64,000 nucleotides of DNA from a virus: positions 5,660 through 69,659 of the IMG/VR virus record IMGVR_UViG_3300034108_000811; one strand, given 5' to 3'. Below, one piece after another: positions 38,501 to 50,500 of this stretch. The stretch's first letter is position 1. Every line of letters starts with the position of its first letter. The position numbers and the translations under genes were made by a program. A model generated the notes under the pieces. That model did no database searches and was not told the origin of the DNA. It saw only the letters and a list, made by a program, of their open reading frames with translations.

Positions 38501-41500
38501 GTGATTGTCAAGCCCGTCTTCATATCTATCATCTCTCCAGTGGTTCTATCTGTCACTACACGAGGCACCTTTACATACATATATGGAACATCTCCACTAT
38601 TATATTTCTCGTTAAGTTCCAATATCATTCTACTTGTACTTTTCATACCAAGCATTTCTATATTTGGAAATAAAGAAGAATAGTATTGGAAGATGTCAGC
38701 ATAGAATTCACCATACATATCAACTTGATATGTAGCAGGGTCTTCAGAAGCGAAGAAGAACTTAGGCATCACCTTTGGAACAACATCATCATCTTTGAAA
38801 GCATTTCTATGAAAACTTCCTTGTATAAATGCTTCCAATCCATTAGTGGAGTTTAAACCACGAATTACAGGAGAAATAAGAGTTTGCAAGTCTTCAACAG
38901 GAATAACGTTTCTTATTGAGCTCTGAGAGAAATAAGTTCCTTGTAATATGGATAGCTTAACCAAATCATTGTAAAACTCCTTAAGTTCATTATTACTATC
39001 TCTGAGTTCTCTCATCATACCAGTGTTCATATTCTCAGCTTCTCCACCCCTATCATTAATAATAAGCTTTACGTTTTTACCACCCAACATTCTATCTGAA
39101 GAAATGGGAATAAGTCTCTTTAGAACATCCACCTCTGGGTATTTGACTGCCAACTCTCCTAGTCTACTTGCTACACTAGTCTTTGGATCCACCATAAGTC
39201 TCTCCACTTCAGAACCAATACTAGTTTTTGTTAAAATCAGATAGTCTATAAAAGAAGCCTTTATCTTATTAGCTATCTTTTCAAAATCATCATTTGACAA
39301 GTATTCATCCTCAGCATAAGCTTTCATCAGTGTATTCTCTGTAATAAATCTGTATATATCCTGTTCAGTTTTAAATACTGTGCCCATAGCTTGTCTGAAG
39401 GAATTTAACAAATAAGCTTGCTTACCTATGAAAGTTTCTTCTAATATGTTATCTACACAACATATAATATTCTGAGTTCTGGCTTTCTCTGTTAAAAACT
39501 GCTTTCTTGTTAAAGCTTCTCCGCTTCTAAACTTAGTGGTGTCATAGTTAATGGCTTGTGTAAACTTAAAGTTTTGTTCAGCCATCTTTGCATATTTCAA
39601 AAACTCTGTCAGAATTCGTTGTTGCTCAATGAGTTGTGAATTAGAAAGCTTTCCATTCTTGTAATAAGCCTCAATGTTTTCCTCAAGAGTGCTGACATTA
39701 AAAGGAACATCTACTAGTTCACTATCAGGAGTGTAAGAAAATCTATCTCGTATTGCCTGAATGTTTCTTGAATTGAAGAGGCTTCTGATATTCTTATTAT
39801 CAAGCATTTTTACATACTCTACAATAATAGGTTGGTTCAAGAAGTTTATGCCAGATTGCCCAGCACCTATTCTTTCTAAGAACATAGCAGGTCCTACTAA
39901 TAACTGACTTCTGATAACCTTTGACAAATATGGGTCTTTTACAACGTCCACTGTACCAGAAGCATATCCAGATAATCTCTTAGAAATAAACATATCAGTG
40001 CCATCAGCTGTCTTTCTTCCAGAAAGAGAAATGAATTTCTCATTATTTTTCTCATAGCTATTATGCGGAAGATAGACCACTCCATTACCAAGAAGATTTC
40101 TTTCTATAGGTTTAAGAAGGCTAAATCTTCTTGGGTCAATATATGTAGGAACTTTCTGAGTTATAGAAACACCAGTGATGTTTACAGCCACAATACCAAT
40201 CCAGTTTTTAGCCATTTCATACAAGTGACGCATTTCAGTCATGTATGTTCTGTCCAAAATAGATAGTTCACTTTTTGTTTCACCTCTTAACTCAATGATT
40301 CTTTGTGACACTTTTTTCAATCCAGCATCATCTACAGGAGTGATTAATCTTTCAAAAGCTTCAGGAAGAGTTAACAATTCTTCCATAGATTCAAAATATT
40401 CATTCTCTATAGAACGCTTATACATCTCTTTCACCCACTTGTTCTTTATAACAGCCTGAGCCTGAGCATCTGTAAGTTTCTTAAGCTCTGATGTAATCAT
40501 TTCATTAAAATCTGCTGGGTCCATTCCTTCAAGCATAATATCAAGAATTTCTCCATATTTATCCACTAGTTCTTTTGGATCATCTAAACCATAACTAAGA
40601 ATATCAGCAGCCTCTCTTAACTCATTCTTTTTGAATATCTTGTTCTTTAAAATACTATCAAACTCTTTAGAAAAGAATTCTTTTGTTTCTGCTTCTGAGC
40701 CAAGATATTTAACAAGCTTTATATTTCCATTTCTATCTATGTATGTAGCTTTTAGATACATATTCAACTTGTCAATATCAAAGTCAGAACCAGCTTTTGT
40801 AGTGATTTCAGCAGGGACAATAATGGTGTCTCCCATATAGCTTGGTAAAAACCCTTTCACTCTAAACACTTCCATAGAGCTTAATGACTGAGTGGGAATA
40901 CGGAAAGCTACACCTGAAAGAATTTTCTTACCCTCAGGAGAATTGTTCAAATAGTCAAGAAGCGCAGCTTCATTTTTAAACTTACCACCCATCTTCACCT
41001 TGAACCAATGAGGAAGCATCACCTCACAATAAGGAGCATCTTTTGTGTAAAACTTTAATGTATTGTCAGTGAGCGCTACGCTTTTCTTACTTTTATCATC
41101 AAGAGCTTCATACTCTTCTTTACTAATATTTACAAACTTTTTATTTCCTTGCTCATCTTTAATTTGACGAACTAGTTGTCTGGAAGAACCAAGTGGTGCA
41201 AATCCTGTAACAGGAGCTTGAACATGAGGTCTACCATTCACCTTCACTGAAATTATAGACTTGTGAATAAACGAATATACAATATTCTTAATTTGACCAT
41301 AAGAAGGAGATGCTTCAAGAGGAAATATAAATTCTCCATTATCATCCACTTGAATACTGTCTTTAATATTGTCAGAAAGTTCTCTTCTAAACATTTCATA
41401 AGCAAGAGCTTCAGAAATTGCGTTTCCATCAGAAAGAACAAATCCATCTCCTAAGTCTTCAATGCCAAGTTTATTCAAAAGTTCATTATACGCATTCTCA

Positions 41501-44500
41501 TGCATCATGTCCAAAATCTCTTTATTTCTTCTGTAAGCTCTTAACGCTTTGTCACTAACAGGAATACCATTTTCAAACAAGTCTATAGAAACAAGTTTTG
41601 TTGGTTGTGTACCTCTAATCTGTTGCTTATCAGCTTGATATGAAGTTTCCACCTGTACACTATATGCTGACCAGGGCACTCTTACATTATTATTAAACCC
41701 ATCTGTATTAAACTCTCCATTACCATTATAAAGAGAATAAGTTTCATCAGTTCCAAGCTTTCTACCAGATTCTACAATACCATATCCTTTTTTAGAGTTA
41801 AACATTTTTATATAGAAATCCTCAAGTTGTGTCCCTTCAACTAAACTAAAGTAGATGGGCATTTGTGAAAACTTATCAAGAACAAGTTCTATATGATTCA
41901 TTCCATCCTTACTACCTCTTACAATAGGCTTTAATATATTAAGCTTATGTTCAGGAGATGGCTTTGATAGAGTTTTCTTATCAATAGCTTTTAATTTACC
42001 ATTCTCAGGATAGGTGTAGATTCCTTTTTCAGCAAATTTACTTCTTGTATAAGCCATTTGCCATTGATGGAAAGCTTCAGCAGCATCATCCCATTGTCCA
42101 CTCTTTAGCTTAATTTCTTTATAAGTGTTGTCCATTAACCAAGAAGCAGCATCAGCTACGTTAACCTCACCATAAGCTGAAGGTAGAAGATTTGCTAATC
42201 TACTAGCAATCACGTCATCTTTTATAGTGATGGTGTCTGTATGAGATTTGTGTAAATGGTAGCCAGGAGTGTCTTCTGTTAAAGCAACATCCCCTACATT
42301 GTTGTATTTATTATTGAGAAAATTGTTGTATTCATCAGAATTAAAAATAGACCTAGCTGGGGATAAGAAGCTTTTGATACGCTTTAGTTCATCAAGAATA
42401 ATTTCACCATTCTTATCTGAAATCTTAAATTGATAGGGATCACCAAATAAAATCTTATGAAACTCTGTATTGGCAATAGTGTAATTTATGGTGACAAATG
42501 AAAGAATGTTATCAATTCCTTTTTCTGTCATACGACTTTTGTCAAACTTTCTAGATGTAGCAAAGTCACTATCCAACATTGGATAGCTATATAAATCTTT
42601 TTCTCTAGTTATAATTTGACCAGATTCTACAAGAATATTCTTAAGTTTTTCAGTGTTTCTGTCTATATAAGTTTTTACAGCTTCGTTAATAGTAGGTGCA
42701 TTTTCTTTAACATAAGTCATTATAGTTTCTACACTATCACCCTTATCAATCTTACTTTCTATTTCATTAATCGTTTTAGCTGGTAGAATTTCTCTAAACC
42801 ATCTAAGTTGTTTTGCTTTCTTCTCACCTATATTAGCAAGATGTTTTCTATTCTTCCAGTCTGAAGCTAATGCTATTTCATCCTCTAGATAGCCTGTAAA
42901 TACATCATAAACTTGTGACCACGCTCTTCCTGCAGAAACATCATCAAAAGAAATATTGTTTCCAAGAGTCATTAACCAAGGAGTGGAACCATCTCCCTGG
43001 TTTAATACAAAGTATCTACCATTTAGATTTTGGTTAATTTCCTGAGCATATCTATATCCACGACTCATCTTATATCCACTAAGACCTTTTCCAGCATCTC
43101 TATCTCTACCTCCTTGAATATATCCCACCTTTAGTTCTCTTACAGATCTACCCTCTTCGTTATAGAACATTCCTCCGCTCTTTAACACTAAGCTATTTTT
43201 AGAGAATACATCGTTAAGTTCTGGCCTTTGTTGTTTTAGCTCATCTATACTATTAGATTCATTAAATTGATTTTCAAACAGGGAAGGTGCATTATTTTCT
43301 GAATATGACCCCACTTGTGTACCATCAACTCCTATATAAGTGTTTGAAGTTTCATAACTAGAGGCTTTTGCATAAAGCTCAGAGAGAATAGAAACTGGAC
43401 CACTCACTTGAAGTGTTTTACTCTTTACACTATACACTTCTCTATTAGCACCAAAGTAGCTTTTCAAAGAGCTAACAGCATCATCAAACTTTTGCTTCTC
43501 ACTCTTATCATTCATCTTCTTAGGAACATCACTAAGTTTTTGCCATATATCTATAGGAAAATTAATACCTATAGCAGATAGGTAGTCAATTTGTTGTTGT
43601 ACATTTCTAATAGGAAGACTATTAAGAACAGACGTGTTTACAATATATGACCCTATTTGCTTACCACTTTTATCGTTAGCTGCAGAATATTTTATAATAG
43701 AAGATGGATCAGAAGCCATAAGCTTCATGTTCTCAATCCATGCTCTTTCCACTTCTTTCTTAGCACTTTGGAAGTTAGCAGATTGAGTGTATACATTTGT
43801 TCCAGAGATGTATTCTATTAATGCATCTGGTTTTTGTTTTGTAAAGGTTTGCCAGAAGTTTATAAAAAGTCTCCAATCATTTTCATCAAATTGGTCAAAC
43901 TTCATAGTGGCTATCTTGTCACCACTTAATGTAGAAATATCTGCACCAAGTCTCTTCAGAAGAGATATATAGTTTACATCATCTTTGGCAAGCTCAAATG
44001 TTTTGTTTACAGCTTCTTGTACACTTGTTGTATTGCTCAGCTTTTCAAGTATTTGACCAAATGCCTTGCTAAAGTTGATAAGTCTATACCCATTTACAGA
44101 GGACAGTTCAGGCGAGAGTTTACCACCCTTACCTATAATTTGTTCTATAGGTTCATTTTTTGACCTAATCAATGTAGCAAGAACAAATCTAATAGCTGCT
44201 GGGGAAGTTTGTTTCCAATCTATTTTAAATGGATTACCACCATATTCTTTAGAATTATATTCCTCAGTGTTAATATCTACAGCATCGTCAGTGATGGTTA
44301 TGCCTAATGTTGTAAGTTTTTCTTTTGTTTTCTGAATCAATGTGTTAAGTGATTCTTCTGAAAGACGATCTTCTGGTTTTACACTCTCGTAGTATTTTTT
44401 CTTTATATTAGTGAAAATCTCTACACCTGTAATCTTTTCAGGATTAAATATAAGACGTTTGGATTTTCCAAATAAATAAACAGCAACTCTTGCAGTCATG

Positions 44501-47500
44501 TCTTCTACAAAGTCACGAGTTTGCACTTCTGTTAATCCTTCTACAGCTCTATATTCAGCAGCTTTGTTATATACACTAGGGAATAGAAATTCTTTTTTAA
44601 ACTTCCCAGCATCTATATCTTTAAACAATTGTTCCTTTAGAGAAGGTTTAGTTCCAAAACTCTTAAAGAAATCCACGATGGCTTTGAAGAATCTACGTAT
44701 ACGTTCAGACAAAGACCTTGCAGGAAGTTTTCCCACTCTATAATCAGCAAAGTCATCCATTATTCTTTCTTTGATTTGCTGTCTTGTAGCTGTAGCGTAT
44801 TGAAGTTTTTTACCAGAAAGTCTGTCTATAAAGGTGCCACCCTTAGCTCTTTCATCAGCTATAATAGCATCTTGCTCCTCATTAGAAAGCATACCATTCC
44901 ATATAGCTTCTCCAAGCTCATGGTATTCAGTTCCTTTAAGTCCTCCTCTTACAAACTTAACAATGCCCTTTTCAAAAACACCCCATGCTTTTCTTGTTCT
45001 ATTAATCTTAATTACATTCTCCAGTATTTCATAAGGAATATTAGGAGCCACTTCAGCTACATAGTTTTTGAATATAGCTAAGTCCTCTTCTGTAATTCTG
45101 TTATCTTCATCTAGTTCTGATATTTCTCTATAATCATCATCTGTAGGAGGAGCTGAAAAGTTTCCACCAGGAGGAGTGATTGGAGGTTTTTTATCTTCGG
45201 GTTTACCTTCTACTCCAAGTGCTCTCTGATTAATAATGTCTTCATATTCACCTACAGTTTTTGCACCAGACTCTTCATAAGAAAGGAGACTATGCTGAAA
45301 CTCATGCTCAATTACAAATTTCTCCCATGCGTCATATGTTGAAAATGCATCTGCGGAAAGAGCTGTAGCAGAAGAACCATCTTTCTGCTTACGAGGACTA
45401 GTCCAAGCTTTTTCATCAAACTTCTTTTTAAGAAGCTCTCTATTAATAGTAATTTTATTCTCAGTGCGATTGTATTGAGCAGCTCCAGGTTCTCCTGTAG
45501 CTGTTGTAATAGAAGAACTATCTATCACTTGTATACCCTTATAGGTGTAACTAGGTTTAGCTCCTTCTAAAGCAGCTAGTTCTGCATCATATTTAGCATT
45601 GATTTTATCAATAAGCTCTTCATAAGTAATAGCATTAATTTGACTAACTTTATTTGAGAAAGTATTACTAGTTTCTCCTTCTTTTACATCAAAAAGAACA
45701 ACATATGGTTCTGGTGTACCATTATCTTTTAGTAACTCAATATTTCTATCATTAATTACTTTAGCTTCTTTTAACAACTCCTGTCTTCTTCTTTCTATAT
45801 CAGCTATTGCAGCAGAAACTACAGGAGCTGTTGGTGTTGGAGCTACAGGAGCAGCAGGCTGTTCATTGAGAGTTTTTAACTTACTGCTTATTATTATTTG
45901 TGCAAGTGCATTTATTATTTGTTCATCTGAAAGACGAGAAACAAACTCTGGATTTTTATCTTTATACTCTTCTACTAATATTTCTTTCAAACTATTGAAT
46001 GTATCAATAGCAAGTTGTTCTCCTTTATTCTTTCTTTCAATTAAATCCTTTGCACCTTCACTAACTGCTTCTACATTAAAGAATCCTTTTTCCCCAGGAA
46101 CTGCTTTAAATCTCACCTTTCCAAAAGGAGGTTTTAATTCTATGATGTTTTCTTTTTTATTAACAAAAAAGTTACCAACCATTGGTTCTTCTTTAGAACC
46201 AGGAGGAGGTGTTTGCTTAGGAGCTTCTTTTGGAACAGTTTGTACAGGAAGATTTATACCATTTATAACAGCATATTTCTGTTTAAATGAGAGTTTGCCA
46301 TCTGAAGGTTCAGCTATATCAGTGAATAAAGGCAATTCATTAACAGAACGAGATTTACCATCTGGATATTTGTTACTTAATAAGAAAGATTGGTAATTAG
46401 TCCATTGTCTTTCTTCAATCACCACCTTACCATCTGCATCTTTTGTTGTATATAGCTCATAAAACTTATCAAAGAACTTACCATCTAATGTCTTCTTGTT
46501 GATGCTGAAATAAGTGTTCTGAAATTTATTTACTATTTCATCTCTCTTGTCAGCAATTTCTGAAAGACCATATTTAATACCACCAATCTCAAGCTGCATT
46601 GTATCAGTGTTGAGGTTGATTTGGTTAGTTGAGGGGCTAGTTCTGTTACTCCAGAATAGAACATTTGATAGATAGTCAGAATATCTAGTGTTTATTTCAG
46701 GAGTTTTTCCAGCAGCTTGTGCAGCTATTAGCTCGTTAGCCATAGCGTTAATAATCTCATATAGATTTGCAGCCTGCTGTTTAGAGAACTTACTAGACCT
46801 TATAAATGTTAAAGTGTCACCATATTGGAAAAATGGTCTACCCTTAGGTACATTTATACTTTCTCCTTGGTGAGAAATAGTTCCTGTAGATGAGATTTGA
46901 ATAATACCTTTAGTCTTAGAAATTAGGTCTGAAGGAATTAAGACATCACTTACGTAATTTTTATCTGACTCCATAACCTGTTTACCATCCTTATCAAGTA
47001 CAGGATTACCATTTTCATCCAACTTAGGAACAAGAGGTCTTGAAGGAATGCCTCTAGATATTTTGAATTCAAATGCCTCATACTTATTAGGATCAGCTTG
47101 CCAAAAGTCTTCTCTATATTTCTTCCATGCTTTAGAATAAGCTTCTAATGTGACTTGCTGTTCTCCTCTATATCTTGGTTGACCCTTAGAATCTGTTGTT
47201 TTTATTGTAGGCATTGTTTGGAAAATAATCTTTCCAAGAGAAGGAGTGTCTACCCCCACCTTACCTATTCTTTCTCCATTTTGATCTACATAGTGTAAAG
47301 ACCCATCTGTAGCATCTTGTTCTACAAACACTGATGCCATCCAACCATATTCTACATTTGTAGCCTTGTTACCATCATATTCAATGTCTTCCACCTTTGT
47401 AGAAGCGTCTACATTGTAAGACATTTGAACAATACCATTAAGCTTAAGCGCTTCAATGTTTTTATGATTGATGACAATCATTTTCATTCTACCTCTGTTA

Positions 47501-50500
47501 GGATAGAACTTAGCATTATTTAGAAAATATCTTGCACGAATAACGTGTGGTGAAGAACTAATAGGAGCTTCCCATCCATTCTTCTCACCTCCTTCAGATT
47601 CAGTGACAGTAGATATGTAAAAAATAGGAGCATCTTTTAGAGCTGGTTCTTCATATCCACCTGTTTCAAATGACGTTGGAATGTCACCAGAGTTACCAAA
47701 TATAGTGGATAGTTGTTGGTCAAGAGATGACTTGTGTCTACCCATTTTTTCTTCAACACTTTCCACGAGCTCATAACCAGAAAGCTTTCTTGGGTCAACG
47801 TTGGTTATATTACCAGCATTATCTTCTATTTTAAGTGTACCATCAGCATTGATGTCTAACACCTTCACTTTGTTATAGTCCTGAAGACTGTCATTGAATT
47901 CCTCTGCAGCCTCTTGAGCAGTATCTTTGTTAGAAAAGAACAAACTATCTCCATATGGAGTGATTAGTTCATATCTATCGTCAGCAATTTTATTAATCTT
48001 AGCTGGGGAAAGAGCTTCAATTTGATATTCTCTACCTACACTTATTGGTTCTTTCTTCCCTTCTTTATTTGTAATTTCTACACTAGCAACAACAGGAGCT
48101 TCTTGTTCTTCAGGAATAGACTGAGATGCCACTTGTTCGGCCTGTATAAAATATTCTTTAAACCCTTTCTTGTCTGAAAGAGCCTCTATAGCATTAGCTG
48201 CTTTATCTCTTCTAATTCTATCTCTATTAACATCTATACCAATATTGTACATATCGTTAAAAGAATCTCCACTAATTATATTGTCACTAATAGATTTTCT
48301 TCCGCCAATTTCAAAATTGATAATTTTTCCAAGTCCTTTGCTGTCTAAATTCTTGGCCGCAATAGCTAAGTTAATCTTCTCAGACATTGTTCTAAGAGCC
48401 TTTATTCTATCTCTTATTTGTTTCTTATCCTGAGGAGAGGTGAATTCTGTTATTGTAGCTCCAAGTGCAGCTGCTTCTAATTCATATTCATCTCTAAGTG
48501 TTTCAGCCCCATCTTTTCTTAAGATGTTACTTACCAGTTCAGCAGATAGCATTGGATTGATATTCATTTTTAAATGAGCATCATGTTTTTGCAATTTATC
48601 TTCAGAAATATCTTTTACATTATGATAGTAGGCAATGTCTGTTTTATATTGTTCAAATATTTTATAGTTTTCTCTTTCTATTTCCTCTTGTTCATTTGTA
48701 GGATTGGCATAATAATTAAAAGGATTTTTAAATAATAAGTTAACAGAATCTGTAATTTCTTTAATCTTCTCAGCTTTTTCAATCATTGCATCTACATACT
48801 CACTCACTGTACCTTTGTTCTCCGCACTAAAGTTCATCCCAAAGGTTTTTTCAAACTCTTCTTTATCTAAACCTTTCAACATTTTTAGTTGCTCAATTGT
48901 AACATCATGCATACCTGAAGGAATACGAGATGTTACAAAATTAAAGAACATGTCTTCTTTTAGATTATTAAACTTATAAACATCTCCTTTAGATACAGCA
49001 TCTTTCATTTCTGAAGCAATGCCCATGCTATTCAATGTGCTATCATATTTTTGACCAAAACTACCTGTTATGGGAGAATTGTTTAATATATTAATTGCAG
49101 ATTGAGTTCTTTTATCTTTAGAATTGTTTTTTCTAGAATCAATTCTTCCTAATATACCTCCAGAAACAATGGCGCTAATTGCACCAACAATCATATTTTC
49201 TACTCCTTCCTGTTTTCCAAATTGTTCAGAAAGACCAAATCCAGTTGATTTAATTGCTTCATTTAATGTATTCCAGTTTTCATTATTTCTAGGAATAGAT
49301 AAATTTTTATATCTTCTTGTATAATAATCGTATGTACCACGTTCTGCAGCAAACTGCCCACCTTCTTCATACACACCTTCAGCAAGAGCGTTTCCTATAA
49401 CGGGCTTAACCTTCTCCCAAGCTTTATCTAAAAGTTTTTCAGAAACCTTACTTTCAAAAACATCTATAGACCCTTTCTTTAAACCTATTTCACCAACACC
49501 TTCTGAAAATACACCACTCAAAAGTTTACCATCTTTAGCAATCATTGATTTAAAAAGATTGCCAAACTGTATATTATTAGATAGTAGTAATAATCCCATG
49601 TTTATACCAAACCTAGCATTCATACCATTAGTTGCTAAATCTTCTATTTGTTCAGCATCTTTACCAGTGGGGTCACTATTAAAATGTTCTAGTTTATATT
49701 GTCTTGTAAGTTCTTCCTTAATTTGTCTATATCCATCTCTAGATTCTACAGCACTCTCCGTAGCGGTGCTTCCATACATAGCAAGTCCAAATCTAGCACC
49801 ATTTATTATTTTTGCAGACTCAGCAGCATATGCTAAATTCTTTATATTTAGTATGGTTTGTTCTGATTTATTTAATGCTCTAGCTAAGTCTAAAACTTTA
49901 TCTACTTTATTTGTTCCTGCAAAAACTTTATTTAAATACAGAGAAGCTCTTCCTATTTGACTAGCTAACAATGGTATTTCTCCAATACCTCCTGTTATTG
50001 CACCAACAGCAAGGTCTTGCACAAATGCTCCTCCAATTGCTCCAGCAGTGAAACCTAAGTTCTTTAAAACCATGTTTCCCCAGAAGTTTGCTGATCCTGT
50101 AGCGAAAGGAACCATAGCCAAATATGGATGCTCCTTCTCATAATCTGTCATATAATTAGGAAAAGCATCTTCCATGTTTCTAAGAAACATGTCTGTATCT
50201 GATTTATATCCATCTTTTCCAGAAAGTTCTGATACAGAGCCTTTCTTTATTGCAGATATTGCATCAGGTATTGTTGAAAATTGCATAGCAAATGTTCCAA
50301 CAGCTGTAGCTGCAAATTTAACAGCAGCATTGCCCCATTGAGATAGAGCACTTTGTTGAAGACCATATATGTTTTCAAGATTTCTGTCTCTTAAATATAA
50401 ATCATATCTTTTATTCTCATCAAGTTCGCTACCAGGAACCATCTGCATAGGAGAAGCAAATGTAGGTGCACTAGAAGGCATCTTTGAAAAGCTGGAAAGT

